Assembly: GCA_002305575.1 (NCBI GenBank)
Contig: DBPP01000024.1
Location: forward strand, 3,013 to 67,012
Direction of reading: 5' to 3'
Source: Ruminococcaceae bacterium UBA1417
GTDB lineage: Bacteria > Bacillota > Clostridia > Oscillospirales > Acutalibacteraceae
Length of the DNA: 64,000 bases
Shown: positions 1 through 10,319 of the stretch, piece by piece
Numbering within the stretch: position 1 is the first letter of the stretch
Layout: each line of letters begins with the position of its first letter
The notes under the pieces: generated by a model
The model's database searches: none
Told to the model about the DNA's origin: nothing
The model's input: the letters and a program-made list of their open reading frames with translations, nothing else
Made by a program: the position numbers and the translations under genes

Positions 1-1
1 G

Positions 2-1861
2 AAGTCCGACCTTTCGAACATCAGCGGCGTTGATTATTACAGCGACTCCCAGTTTATGCGGCTCGACGTTTCGTCGCGGAGAAATCTTGAGCTTACAGAA
101 ACAATGCGCAGCCGTGAAAAAAAGGGCACGCTGCTTTGGGCACTCGACAAAACAAAAACGCCTATGGGCAAAAGGCTCATAAGAAGCCGGATTGAGCAGC
201 CGCTTCTGAGCATCGCGCGGATAACAAAGCGCCATAACGCGGTAGCCGAGCTTCTTGAAAAAAGCATCACAAGGCGCGAGCTGAGAGAGTGCATGTCGGA
301 TATTCGCGACATCGAGCGTCTGATGGCAAGGGTTGTTTACGGCACGGCGAACGCAAAGGAGCTGAAGGCTCTTGAAATTACGATTAACGCCCTGCCCGCT
401 ATCCGCGACGCGTTGAATGACGTTCATTCCGGGCTGCTTTCGGAGATTAGAGCTAATCTTGACACACTCGGCGACGTCGGCGCGCTGATAGGCGAGGCTA
501 TTGTCGACGACCCGCCGTTCTCGGTTCGCGAGGGCGGCATGATTCGCGATGGCTTCAACACGGAGCTTGACAGCCTGCGCGAGATAGTTACAAACGGAAA
601 GGGCTATATCGCATCCATCCAGTCGAGCGAGCAGGAGAAAACAGGGATAAAAAAGCTCAAAATCGGATACAACAGGGTGTTCGGCTACTATATAGAGGTT
701 CCGAATTCCTTTTCGGCGCTTGTGCCCGACGATTACATAAGAAAACAGACGTTAGCTAATTGCGAGCGTTACATAACACAGGAACTGAAAGAGCTTGAAT
801 CAAAGGTTCTCGGCGCGCAGGACAGGATAACGGGGCTTGAATATGAGATTTTCAACGCCGTCCGCTCGTCTGTCGCCGACGAGTTTAACAGAATACAAAA
901 AACGGCAAAGGCGTTGGCGGAGCTTGACGTGCTTTGCTCTTTTGCGCAGGCGGCGGACGCGAACGGCTACGTCTGCCCCGAAATGACGGCGGACGCAACG
1001 ATTGAAATTAAGGAGGGGCGTCACCCCGTTGTCGAGCTTATGCTCGACGGCGCGCCGTTTGTGCCGAACGACACGATACTCGACTGCGGCGAAAACAGAT
1101 GCGCCATTATAACAGGCCCAAATATGGCGGGCAAGTCCACATATATGCGGCAGGTCGCGCTTATATCGCTTATGGCGCAAACGGGGAGCTTCGTTCCCGC
1201 TTCCGCGGCGCGTTTAGGCATAGTTGACAGCATTTTTACGCGCGTAGGCGCGTCGGACGACCTTGCTTCGGGGCAGTCGACCTTCATGGTGGAAATGAGC
1301 GAGGTGGCGTCGATATTGAAAAACGCCACATCAAAAAGCCTTATAGTCTTTGACGAAATCGGCAGAGGTACGTCAACCTTCGACGGAATGAGCATAGCAC
1401 GCGCCGTGCTTGAGTACGCAGCGGACAAAAAGAAGCTCGGCGCGAAGACGATGTTCGCCACGCACTACCATGAGCTTACGGAACTGGAGAATGAGATAGA
1501 GGGAGTCAAGAACTACAACGTGTCCGTTAAAAAACGTGGCGACGACATAACCTTCCTGCGAAGGATTGTAAGAGGCGGAGCCGACGGCAGCTACGGAATA
1601 GAGGTGGCGAAGCTCGCGGGAGTACCCGTTTCGGTGGTCAACCGCGCTAAAGTTATACTGAAAGGTCTTGAGGATAACGGACACCGTGAATCCACGTCTG
1701 TAAAGCAAGAGAGCTTTACAGACGAGCCACAGATGTCGTTTGAGAGCAACAGGGAAAACGAGATTATTGAAAAGCTGAGGTCTGTCGACGTCAACACACT
1801 TACGCCCATAGAGGCGCTTACAATGCTGTTTGAACTGACGAACGAAGCAAAAAGCATCTGA
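2..1861 (+). CDS. mutS: DNA mismatch repair protein MutS (5'-truncated by window edge)
   Basis: Frame open from nt 2; Walker A ITGPNMAGKSTYMRQ, FTRVGASDDL, STFMVEM, DEIGRGTST, FATHYHEL; followed by mutL. Confidence 0.98.
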   Translation, partial: KSDLSNISGVDYYSDSQFMRLDVSSRRNLELTETMRSREKKGTLLWALDKTKTPMGKRLIRSRIEQPLLSIARITKRHNAVAELLEKSITRRELRECMSDIRDIERLMARVVYGTANAKELKALEITINALPAIRDALNDVHSGLLSEIRANLDTLGDVGALIGEAIVDDPPFSVREGGMIRDGFNTELDSLREIVTNGKGYIASIQSSEQEKTGIKKLKIGYNRVFGYYIEVPNSFSALVPDDYIRKQTLANCERYITQELKELESKVLGAQDRITGLEYEIFNAVRSSVADEFNRIQKTAKALAELDVLCSFAQAADANGYVCPEMTADATIEIKEGRHPVVELMLDGAPFVPNDTILDCGENRCAIITGPNMAGKSTYMRQVALISLMAQTGSFVPASAARLGIVDSIFTRVGASDDLASGQSTFMVEMSEVASILKNATSKSLIVFDEIGRGTSTFDGMSIARAVLEYAADKKKLGAKTMFATHYHELTELENEIEGVKNYNVSVKKRGDDITFLRRIVRGGADGSYGIEVAKLAGVPVSVVNRAKVILKGLEDNGHRESTSVKQESFTDEPQMSFESNRENEIIEKLRSVDVNTLTPIEALTMLFELTNEAKSI

Positions 1862-1891
1862 ATGTAAAACAGTGAACCGGGGTGAAGAGAA

Positions 1892-3856
1892 ATGGCGAAA
1901 ATTAATATCCTGTCAAGGCAGACGGCGGAGCTTATAGCCGCCGGCGAAGTCGTGGAGCGTCCCGCTTCCGTCGTAAAGGAGCTGCTCGAAAACTCCCTTG
2001 ACGCCGGAGCGACGGCGGTAACTGTTGAAATTAAGAACGGCGGGATAACCTACATACGCATAACCGATAACGGCTGCGGCATTGCAAGGGACGACGTCCG
2101 CACTGCATTTTTAAGCCACGCGACAAGCAAGATATCGGACGCCGACGACCTTGAAGCCATATACACCCTCGGTTTCAGGGGCGAAGCTCTTGCCTCCGTA
2201 GCCGCCGTTGCCCGCGTGGAGCTGCTTACAAGAACGCCGGAGGAGGAAACGGGCACACACCTTGCGGTTGAGGGCGGCGTGCAGGGCGAGCCGGAGGACG
2301 CCGGCTGCCCGAAGGGCACGACGATTGTTGTAAGAGACCTGTTTTACAACACACCCGCGCGAATGAAGTTTTTGAAAAAGGACGTGGCGGAGGCAAACGC
2401 CGTAGCGGGCGTTGTCGACAGAATCGCGCTTTCGCACCCTGATGTATCGTTCCGTTTTATAAGGGACGGCAAAGAGACGCTGTTTACGTCGGGCGACGGA
2501 AAGCTTGACGGCGCTATATATTCCGTGTTCGGGCGGGAGTTTCTTTCGGAGCTTGTACCCGCCGAATATGAAAGCAACGGTGTAAAGGTAAGTGGATTTA
2601 CATCCAAGCCATCCGCCGCGCGCCCCAACAGGAGCATGCAGTTCTTTTTTTTAAACGGCAGGCTTATAAAAACGGGCACAGGCTCCGCTGCTCTTTCCGA
2701 GGCTTACAGGAACTCCGTGATGACGGGGAAATTTCCATCATGCGTTTTGAACATAAGCGTATCCCCGCATACTGTTGACGTCAACGTCCATCCCGCGAAA
2801 ATCGAGGTCAGGTTTTCCGACGAAAAGGCGGTTTTCAACGCTGTTTATTACTGCGTAAAAAACGCGCTTGAGGGCGACAGGTCGCGCGTGCAGTTCGTCA
2901 AAAAGGACGACAGGCGGGCAATAAATAATTTTCTGGGAATGCTGCAGGAGCAGACGGTAAAGTCGGAGCAGGCGGAGCAGCTAAAAATGCCACAGCCGCC
3001 GGAACGGAATAACGACGATTTTTGGAGCAGGATAATTAACAAACCTCTAAAACCGAAGCCGCTCGGAAAAGATGACGGAGATGACGAAAACAGCGGCTTT
3101 GTCCTGCCTCTTGACGATAAAACAAAAAGCGGACTGAACGCGGAAAAGGGCGGGGAAAACGACTTCCTGCTCAAAGACAGAAACATGACAAACGAAAGCA
3201 GAGCTGATTCCGAAATCGCACCGCCGACGGCGGAAGAAGCGCCGGCACTGTCAGACGATACGGCCGTAACTGAGCAGGAGGAGCCTGCTGAGTTTCGAAT
3301 AATAGGAGAAGCCTTCAAGACATATATCCTTGCTGAGTGTAAAGATAAAATACTTGTCATTGATAAGCACGCCGCGCACGAGCGAATGATATTCGAGCAG
3401 CTTAAAGCGTCGGAAGGCGCGGCGGACAGGCAGCTTCTTCTGGAGCCTGTCACAGTGACGCTTAACAAGGAGGATTATTCGGCGACGCTTGAAAATCTTT
3501 CGCTGCTGAAGGAGAGCGGCTTTTCGGTTGAGGACTTCGGCAACGGCACGGTAATAGTCGGCGAATGTCCGATGATTATTGACAGCGGAGATATAAGCGA
3601 CATCATTACTGAGCTTGCGGGATACCTTGCCTCAAACAAAACGGGAGTATTTTCCGAAAAAATCGACAGAATATATCATACCGCCGCCTGCAAGGCTGCT
3701 GTAAAGGCGGGCGACTTTACATCGGAATACGAAATGCGCAAATTCACCGAAAAGCTTTTGTCTATGCCCGAAATACGCTACTGTCCCCACGGCAGACCTG
3801 TTATTGTCGAGCTTACACGCAGGGAGTTGGAAAAGAACTTTGGCAGAGTGCAGTAA
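1892..3856 (+). CDS. mutL: DNA mismatch repair endonuclease MutL
   Basis: GHKL motifs VVKELLENSLDAGA, DNGCGI, TLGFRGEALAS; endonuclease motifs DKHAAHER, ACKAAVK, CPHGRP. Confidence 0.98.
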   Translation: MAKINILSRQTAELIAAGEVVERPASVVKELLENSLDAGATAVTVEIKNGGITYIRITDNGCGIARDDVRTAFLSHATSKISDADDLEAIYTLGFRGEALASVAAVARVELLTRTPEEETGTHLAVEGGVQGEPEDAGCPKGTTIVVRDLFYNTPARMKFLKKDVAEANAVAGVVDRIALSHPDVSFRFIRDGKETLFTSGDGKLDGAIYSVFGREFLSELVPAEYESNGVKVSGFTSKPSAARPNRSMQFFFLNGRLIKTGTGSAALSEAYRNSVMTGKFPSCVLNISVSPHTVDVNVHPAKIEVRFSDEKAVFNAVYYCVKNALEGDRSRVQFVKKDDRRAINNFLGMLQEQTVKSEQAEQLKMPQPPERNNDDFWSRIINKPLKPKPLGKDDGDDENSGFVLPLDDKTKSGLNAEKGGENDFLLKDRNMTNESRADSEIAPPTAEEAPALSDDTAVTEQEEPAEFRIIGEAFKTYILAECKDKILVIDKHAAHERMIFEQLKASEGAADRQLLLEPVTVTLNKEDYSATLENLSLLKESGFSVEDFGNGTVIVGECPMIIDSGDISDIITELAGYLASNKTGVFSEKIDRIYHTAACKAAVKAGDFTSEYEMRKFTEKLLSMPEIRYCPHGRPVIVELTRRELEKNFGRVQ

Positions 3857-4805
3857 AATACCCGTTATAGCTGTTGTCGGTCCTACCGCGTCGGGGAAAA
3901 CTGCTCTTGCCGTCGGACTTGCGCAAAGATTCGGCGGCGAGGTGGTGTCCGCAGACTCTATGCAGATTTATAAGGGCATGGACATTTCGACGGCTAAGCC
4001 GACTAAGGACGAGCTGCGCTCCGTGCCGCATCATCTTATAGGCTTTTTGCCTGCCGACGCGACGTTCAGCGTAGCCGATTACTGCGAAGCGGCAAAAAGT
4101 TGTATTGACGACATAACTTCACGCGGAAAGACCGTTATCCTCTGCGGAGGTACGGGGCTTTACGTCAGCTCGCTGCTTGACAATATAGATTTCGCGGGCA
4201 GCGGAGCGGACCGCGGGCTGCGCGACGAGCTAAGACATCGGGCAGAGACGGAGGGCGCGGAATCGCTTTTAAAGGAGCTTTACTCTTTCGACCCCGAAAC
4301 GGCGTCGTCGCTACACAAAAACAACGTCGGCAGAATCATAAGGGCTATTGAGCTTTACAGGACGACGGGCGTCACGATGTCGGAGCAAAAGCGGCTTTCA
4401 AAAAGAAATCCGTCGCCGTACAACGCCTGCTTCATATGCCTTGACGCAAAGGAGCGTTCGTTTCTGTACGACAGAATAAACAGGCGCGTCGACAAAATGC
4501 TTTGCGACGGTCTTCTCGGCGAGGCAAAGGAATTTTTCGAAAACCGTTCGGAGGGCACTTCGTGTCAGGCAATCGGCTGCAAGGAGCTTGTGCCATATTT
4601 TGCGGGCGAAATAACGCTTGACGAGGCAGCAGAAAACATAAAGCGCGCGACAAGGCGCTATGCGAAGCGACAGCTCACATGGTTCAACAGGATGGACGGC
4701 ATAAATAAGATTTACATCGACGAATATCGGAGCGGGGAAGGCGTGCTCCGGGCTGCTGTTGAAATTATCGGCAGGTCGGGAATACTTAACGGGGGAGGCT
4801 GTTAA
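3840..4805 (+). CDS. miaA: tRNA dimethylallyltransferase MiaA
   Basis: VVGPTASGKT, SADSMQIYKGMDISTAKP, GGTGLY, TRRYAKRQLTWF; probable TTG start at 3840 overlapping the mutL end. Confidence 0.96.
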   Translation: MAECSKIPVIAVVGPTASGKTALAVGLAQRFGGEVVSADSMQIYKGMDISTAKPTKDELRSVPHHLIGFLPADATFSVADYCEAAKSCIDDITSRGKTVILCGGTGLYVSSLLDNIDFAGSGADRGLRDELRHRAETEGAESLLKELYSFDPETASSLHKNNVGRIIRAIELYRTTGVTMSEQKRLSKRNPSPYNACFICLDAKERSFLYDRINRRVDKMLCDGLLGEAKEFFENRSEGTSCQAIGCKELVPYFAGEITLDEAAENIKRATRRYAKRQLTWFNRMDGINKIYIDEYRSGEGVLRAAVEIIGRSGILNGGGC

Positions 4806-6089
4806 GTGGAAAGCAATAAACAATTAAGCGAAAAAGAAAAGCGGCAAAGGCTGAAAACGGAAAAGACGGTTTTAAAGGGAATCGGAGTTATCCTTTTCGC
4901 GCTTGCTTTCTGCTATACGATATATGAGATTTACGACGTCAGCAGGCAGGGCGTAGTAACGCGGACCGCCGTGGAGCATACGATTTACGAAACTCTTGAC
5001 ATGGAGGTTTTTATAATCCGCGACGAAAAATACATAGAGGGCTCGCCCTCCGGCACCGTTGTCCCGCTCGTCGGCGACGGCGAGCGTGTGGCGGGCGACG
5101 CCGATATAGCCGCGGTGTTTAAAAACGACGACGACGCGGCGAAATACATAGAGCTTCAAAGAATGAAAAAGGACCTCGCAAGGTACGATTCTCTTACGAG
5201 CCAGGCAACCTTTTCGGGGTTGAAGGTCGGAACGCTTGAGGCGGACGTCAAGGCCGGCCTCTGCGACTTTCTCGGCTCCGTTTACGGAGGAGATATGGCG
5301 TCGGCTTTTGAGTGCGCCAACGATTTCCGCGACAAGGCGACTACGCTTGAGATAGTAACAAAGGGTACTTTAGACCTTACCGAAAGGCGTCAGGCTCTGG
5401 CGCAAAAAATTGCATCGCTTGAAGCGTCGCTTGGCGGTTTTACAATGGTCGGCACGGGAAACAAGTCGGCGGGCTTCTACATGAGCGAAACCGACGGGTT
5501 TGAAAACACGCCCGGCTATGCCGAGGCATCAAAGCTCACTCCCGCCATTGTGAACAATATGCAAAAAGCAAAGTCTACGGGCAAAACAACGGGGCTCGGC
5601 AAGCTTGTCTGCGGCTATCGCTGGTATATGGCGGCGGTGCTGGACTCGAAAAAGGCGGCCGACATTGTGAAGGGCTCTGTTGTAACGATAAATCTTCCCG
5701 AATCCGACGTAAAAAGAATAACGGCAAAGGTTTATGCAAAGAATGAGGATAAAAAGGGCAAAACGGCGGTAATTTTTGTCTGCAGCGATATCAATCCGCA
5801 GATTCTCCGCCTCCGCAGGGAAAAGGCGGAGCTTGTGATGAAAGCCCACACGGGATTTGTAATCAACAGCGGCGAGATAAGGGTTATAGAGCGTGCCGAC
5901 GGAACAAAGATAAACGGCGTTTACATTCTGAGGGGAAACATAGTCAGCTTCAGAAGAATTAACATGATTTACTCGGGGAACGGGTTTATTTTGTCCGGCA
6001 GCACGTCGCAGGGCGGCTATGTTAAGCTCTACGACGAAATAATCACATCAGGGAGGAATCTTCGTGACGGAGCAGTCGTTTATGATTGA
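4806..6089 (+). CDS. HlyD-family periplasmic-adaptor-like membrane-anchored protein (function unknown)
   Basis: Single N-terminal TM helix, barrel-sandwich-like GTVVPLVGDGERVAG, central coiled coil; typical position upstream of yggS-sepF in Clostridia. Confidence 0.7.
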   Translation: MESNKQLSEKEKRQRLKTEKTVLKGIGVILFALAFCYTIYEIYDVSRQGVVTRTAVEHTIYETLDMEVFIIRDEKYIEGSPSGTVVPLVGDGERVAGDADIAAVFKNDDDAAKYIELQRMKKDLARYDSLTSQATFSGLKVGTLEADVKAGLCDFLGSVYGGDMASAFECANDFRDKATTLEIVTKGTLDLTERRQALAQKIASLEASLGGFTMVGTGNKSAGFYMSETDGFENTPGYAEASKLTPAIVNNMQKAKSTGKTTGLGKLVCGYRWYMAAVLDSKKAADIVKGSVVTINLPESDVKRITAKVYAKNEDKKGKTAVIFVCSDINPQILRLRREKAELVMKAHTGFVINSGEIRVIERADGTKINGVYILRGNIVSFRRINMIYSGNGFILSGSTSQGGYVKLYDEIITSGRNLRDGAVVYD

Positions 6090-6792
6090 GAAGCTGAATT
6101 CTGTTGAGGAGAACTTCAAAAGGATTAAAAACGAGGTGGGCGAGGCAGCCGTCAGAGCCGGCAGAAGCGCCGAAGAAATAAGACTGATGGCGGTTACAAA
6201 AACCGTCGAGCCGGTTTTCATAAACAGGGCGATAGCCTGCGGAGCCGACCTGATAGGCGAAAACAGGGTGCAGGAGTTTCTCTCTAAAAAAGACGGGCTT
6301 GACCTTGACCGCTGCGAGGCTCACCTTATCGGTCATTTACAGACAAACAAGGTAAGGCAGATTGTGGGCGAGGTGTCGCTTATCCAGTCGGTCGACAGCG
6401 TTAAGCTCGCAAAGGAAATAGGCAGATGCTCGGTTAACAAAAACATCGTTTCCGACATTTTGCTTGAGGTAAACATCGGCGGCGAGGACAGCAAGTTCGG
6501 TTTTTTGCCCTCAGAGGTTTATGAAAAAGCATGCGAAATATCCGAAACAGAGGGAATAAAAATATGCGGATTAATGACGGTACCACCTTTTGATGCCACA
6601 AAAGAACAAACAAGCACATTTTTTTCAAATATGAGGCAACTGTTTATTGACATCGGAGAGAAAAAAATACATAATGTTAGTATGAGTGTATTGTCTATGG
6701 GTATGTCCGGCGACTACCGCGAGGCAATCGCGGCAGGTTCGACACTCGTCAGGGTCGGCACGGCAATATTCGGTTCAAGGCAGTATAATTGA
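6082..6792 (+). CDS. yggS: YggS-family PLP homeostasis protein
   Basis: LMAVTKT (PLP Lys), GENRVQE, HLIGHLQTNK, LSMGMSGDY, VRVGTAIFG; ATG 6082 with GGAG SD. Confidence 0.96.
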   Translation: MIEKLNSVEENFKRIKNEVGEAAVRAGRSAEEIRLMAVTKTVEPVFINRAIACGADLIGENRVQEFLSKKDGLDLDRCEAHLIGHLQTNKVRQIVGEVSLIQSVDSVKLAKEIGRCSVNKNIVSDILLEVNIGGEDSKFGFLPSEVYEKACEISETEGIKICGLMTVPPFDATKEQTSTFFSNMRQLFIDIGEKKIHNVSMSVLSMGMSGDYREAIAAGSTLVRVGTAIFGSRQYN

Positions 6793-6818
6793 TATCGGGC
6801 TTTGTCCCGCGGTACAAT
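6789..6818 (+). promoter_or_regulatory. Candidate sigma-A promoter for sepF-divIVA
   Basis: TTGATA (6789-6794), 18 nt, TACAAT (6813-6818). Confidence 0.4.
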
Positions 6819-6877
6819 TATTTATTCATAGATTTAATAAGAACCAGAAAACTTATTTGTTCGGGAGGAAATATCAG

Positions 6878-7381
6878 ATGAAGGTTTTTGACAAGCTTAA
6901 GGAAATAGCCAAGCTTACGGACGAGGATTACGCAGAGGGAATGGACGATCAGGATTACGGATACACCGACGGATATCAGGACGACGGCAGGGATATATAC
7001 AGCAGCAGCGAAACAGAGTATTCAAGCAGAAAGCACGCCGCGTCTTATCCCAGCTATCAGCCCGAAAGGCCGTCAAATCTTGTCGACATCAGCGCATCGT
7101 CGGCTCGCCCCAACGTGGTCTTTAAGCAAATCGAGCGTTTTGACGACGTGGCGTCGGTCGCCGACGAAATAAACGAAAAGCGAATAGTAATATTAAACCT
7201 TGAAACATGTCCGAACGACGTTACAAGGCGCGTGCTTGATTTCCTGTACGGTGTTGCTTACGCCAACGCCGGCAAGATAAAAAGGGTTGCCGGCCGCGCG
7301 TATATTATAAATCCAAGCAATGTTCCTCTCACGGGCGAACTGCTCGACGAAATCGAAAACTCCAATACGGGCGGATATTGA
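6878..7381 (+). CDS. sepF: Cell division protein SepF
   Basis: GGGAGG SD at 6863-6868; C-terminal FDDVASVADEINEKRIVILNLE...RRVLDFLYGVAYA...YIINPSNV. Confidence 0.93.
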   Translation: MKVFDKLKEIAKLTDEDYAEGMDDQDYGYTDGYQDDGRDIYSSSETEYSSRKHAASYPSYQPERPSNLVDISASSARPNVVFKQIERFDDVASVADEINEKRIVILNLETCPNDVTRRVLDFLYGVAYANAGKIKRVAGRAYIINPSNVPLTGELLDEIENSNTGGY

Positions 7382-7410
7382 TTATAAAAGATGTGAGGAG
7401 ATAGGATATT

Positions 7411-8883
7411 ATGCTTACACCCGTGCAAATCAAGTCATACAGGTTCCAGTCCGCCGGCAGGGGACTTTATAAATCGGACGAGGTAGACCAGTTTTTTGAA
7501 AAGGTGTCGGCCTCCTACGAGCATATATTCAGGGAAAACAGCGAGCTTGTAAAGAGAGTCGGTCTTCTTGCCGACAAAATAGAGGAGTACCGCAGGGACG
7601 AGGAACTGATAAAAAAGACTCTGATTGTGGCGCAGAGAAAAGCCGACGAAATTGAAAACGAGGCGGCAGCCGCAAGCCGCAAGCGCATAGCCGACGCCGA
7701 CAGGGAGGCGGAGGAAAAGCTTTCGGCGGCAAGGGCAAAGGCAGACGGGCTGCTGCGTTCCGCCGAGGCTTCGGCAAGCCAGCAGATAGCCGCCGCCACC
7801 GGCAAGGCGGAGCTTATAAAGATGAACGCCGAGGAAACGGCGGAGGCGAAGCTTGCGGAGGCGCAGACAAAGGTTGACGCCATGCTCGGCGGTCTTCAGA
7901 AGGAGGTCGCGCGTGAGCGCGAGGCGCTGAAAAGGATAAGATACGAAAGCAAATTCTTCAGAAAAAAACTTACCGATTCATATAACGAGCAGCTTCAGAG
8001 AATAAGCCAGATTCTGAGCTTCATTGACGAGGAAGTCCCCGCGGACTATGAAATCGCCGCCGAGCCGGTTGAGCCGGAAGCGGAAAAGGCTGTTTTAAAT
8101 GTTGCGGCAGCCGATACAACGCAGCAGAAGCAGGAAGAGCGAATCGAGGACAGGCTTCAGGCGGTGCTGAACGCGGAGCGCCCGACAACCGCGAATACGG
8201 AGCCGACAGAGCCTGAAACCGAAGCTCCCGAAACGGCCGAAGTGAGCGTTGAGGATATAATCGAGCCGGTTAAAGAGCCGGAGGTCCCGGCAGCCGAGGA
8301 AAAGCCGGTATTCGCACAAGCCGACGAGGAAAAGACAGAGGAGCCGAAGGAGCAGGCATCAACAGAAGCAAAAGAGGATTCCGAAGAAGACGCGGTGTTT
8401 GTCTACGGCGACGAAAAAACCGACGTAGAAAGTACCTCTTACATAATGCAGACGCCTCAAAAAGCAAGGTCGGTAGACGAGCTTGCAAGCAAATACGGTA
8501 ATGCGGAGGGCGATTTCGACGGCTTCAATAACGCTGCCGAGGAAACGGCGTCAGCCACCGAAGCCGAAGACGATACGGCTGACGACAACGACGACGAGGG
8601 CTTCAGAATAAGCCTTGAACAGTTTGTGGCGGAGGAAGACGAGGAAGAATCAAAGGCCACGGCGGAAACGGTGGAAAGCAGGCTGCGCAGGTCGTTCTTC
8701 GGCCGCCGCGACAACGATGACGACGATGACGACGACGATGATGACGAATACGACGAAGATGATGACGACGATGACGACGAATATGATGATGACGAATACG
8801 ACGATGATGATGAAGATGACGACGAAGATGACGACGAAGATGACGAGCGTCCGCGTCGTTTCAAGGGCTTCTTCAAAAAATAA
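7411..8883 (+). CDS. divIVA: DivIVA-domain protein with long acidic C-terminal region
   Basis: N-terminus MLTPVQIKSYRFQSAGRGLYKSDEVDQFFE matches the DivIVA domain; coiled coil follows; located in yggS-sepF-divIVA-lspA cluster. Confidence 0.88.
   Translation: MLTPVQIKSYRFQSAGRGLYKSDEVDQFFEKVSASYEHIFRENSELVKRVGLLADKIEEYRRDEELIKKTLIVAQRKADEIENEAAAASRKRIADADREAEEKLSAARAKADGLLRSAEASASQQIAAATGKAELIKMNAEETAEAKLAEAQTKVDAMLGGLQKEVAREREALKRIRYESKFFRKKLTDSYNEQLQRISQILSFIDEEVPADYEIAAEPVEPEAEKAVLNVAAADTTQQKQEERIEDRLQAVLNAERPTTANTEPTEPETEAPETAEVSVEDIIEPVKEPEVPAAEEKPVFAQADEEKTEEPKEQASTEAKEDSEEDAVFVYGDEKTDVESTSYIMQTPQKARSVDELASKYGNAEGDFDGFNNAAEETASATEAEDDTADDNDDEGFRISLEQFVAEEDEEESKATAETVESRLRRSFFGRRDNDDDDDDDDDDEYDEDDDDDDDEYDDDEYDDDDEDDDEDDDEDDERPRRFKGFFKK
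8710..8847 (+). repeat. In-frame (GAY/GAR)n trinucleotide tract, 46 codons, poly-Asp/Glu
   Basis: 42 of 46 codons are Asp/Glu (1 Asn, 3 Tyr); includes the 12-mer GAAGATGACGA(C/G) three times. Confidence 0.97.
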
Positions 8884-8907
8884 AAAGCGGTTTTCCGGGG
8901 TGAGATA

Positions 8908-9390
8908 ATGCGAAGAGCTTTAGCGTTCACGGTCATTGCGGCGCTTGTCGCGGCGGACCGTCTGATAAAGGCGGCGGCCGAGTCGGCGCTTCGGGGCCTG
9001 AACGATTACCCGAAGCTCGACGGATTTATCGCCCTGCGCTATATAAAAAACACCGGCGCCGCGTTCGGCATATTCAGCGGAAAAACAAAGATTCTCGCTT
9101 TGTGTACAGGCATTGTGCTGCTCGCCGGCTTTGTTTTGCTGATGTCGGGCAGAATAAAAAGCAACCTGCTTTTCGCCGCGGCGGTGCTTATAGTTTCGGG
9201 AGGCCTCGGCAACCTTTACGACAGGGTCTTTATAGGTTATGTTGTCGATTATATAGAGCTGCTTTTTGTAAGCTTTGCGGTGTTTAATTTTGCCGACTGC
9301 CTTATAACAGCCGGCGCGGCGCTTATAATCATTTATATCATAGCCGACACTGTCCGCGAGGCAAAGGGAAAAAGGAGTCGTCGGGCTTGA
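8908..9390 (+). CDS. lspA: Lipoprotein signal peptidase II
   Basis: NTGAAFG, GGLGNLYDR, GYVVDYI, FAVFNFAD; four TM segments. Confidence 0.96.
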   Translation: MRRALAFTVIAALVAADRLIKAAAESALRGLNDYPKLDGFIALRYIKNTGAAFGIFSGKTKILALCTGIVLLAGFVLLMSGRIKSNLLFAAAVLIVSGGLGNLYDRVFIGYVVDYIELLFVSFAVFNFADCLITAGAALIIIYIIADTVREAKGKRSRRA

Positions 9391-10304
9391 TACGCTTTAC
9401 CGTTACAGATGAACAGGCGGGCATGCGGCTCGACAAAATGATGGCGGCGGAATATCCCGACGCTTCGCGCTCCTTCGTTCAGAGGATGATAGAGGAGGGC
9501 GGCGTCACGGTAAACGGACGCGTCCCGTCAAAGAGCGAAAAGCTTAAAGCAGGCGACGAAATTCTTATTACTCCCTTTGAGGTAAAAGAGCTTTCGGCGG
9601 AGCCTCAGAATATACCGCTCGACATCCGCTACGAGGATGACGACCTGCTTGTCGTTAACAAGCCGAGAGGCATGGTGGTTCATCCCGCGGCAGGCAATTA
9701 CAGCGGCACGCTTGTAAACGCGCTTCTCAGCTACTGCAAAAACAGCCTTTCCGGCATAAACGGCGTCATAAGACCGGGCATAGTCCACAGGATAGACAAG
9801 GACACAAGCGGACTTTTAATAGTCGCGAAAAACGACTTTGCGCACTGCTCGCTTGCGAAGCAGATAAAGGAGCACAGCTTTAAGCGTGAGTATTCGGCTG
9901 TTGTCCACGGAAGGCTTAAGGAGCCCGCGGGCACAATAAACGCGCCCATCGGCAGAAGCGAGCGCGACAGGAAAAAAATGTGCGTAACATACAAAAACTC
10001 GCGCGAGGCAACAACACATTTCGAGGTTATATACGAGTATGAAAAGTTCAGCCTTGTCAGACTGCGGCTCGAAACAGGCAGAACGCATCAAATAAGGGTG
10101 CATATGGCATATATCGGTCATCCAGTGGCGGGCGACACGGTTTACGGGCCGAAAAACGGCGTCAGGCTCGGCGGTCAGTGCCTTCACGCAGGCTTAATCG
10201 GCTTTTGTCACCCGCGCGACGGCAGATACATCGAAATAGTGTCCGAGCTGCCCGATTACTTTGAAAGCTTTCTCGGCAGTCTCACGCGTCCGTTATCGCA
10301 ATAG
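9387..10304 (+). CDS. RluA-family pseudouridine synthase with S4 domain (RluD-like)
   Basis: N-terminal S4 (RLDKMMA...SRSFVQRMIEEGGVTVNG), VVNKPRGMVVHP, HRIDKDTSG, LETGRTHQIRVH, GDTVYG; TTG start overlapping lspA stop. Confidence 0.93.
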   Translation: MIRFTVTDEQAGMRLDKMMAAEYPDASRSFVQRMIEEGGVTVNGRVPSKSEKLKAGDEILITPFEVKELSAEPQNIPLDIRYEDDDLLVVNKPRGMVVHPAAGNYSGTLVNALLSYCKNSLSGINGVIRPGIVHRIDKDTSGLLIVAKNDFAHCSLAKQIKEHSFKREYSAVVHGRLKEPAGTINAPIGRSERDRKKMCVTYKNSREATTHFEVIYEYEKFSLVRLRLETGRTHQIRVHMAYIGHPVAGDTVYGPKNGVRLGGQCLHAGLIGFCHPRDGRYIEIVSELPDYFESFLGSLTRPLSQ

Positions 10305-10319
10305 AAAAGAGGGGTCGTT

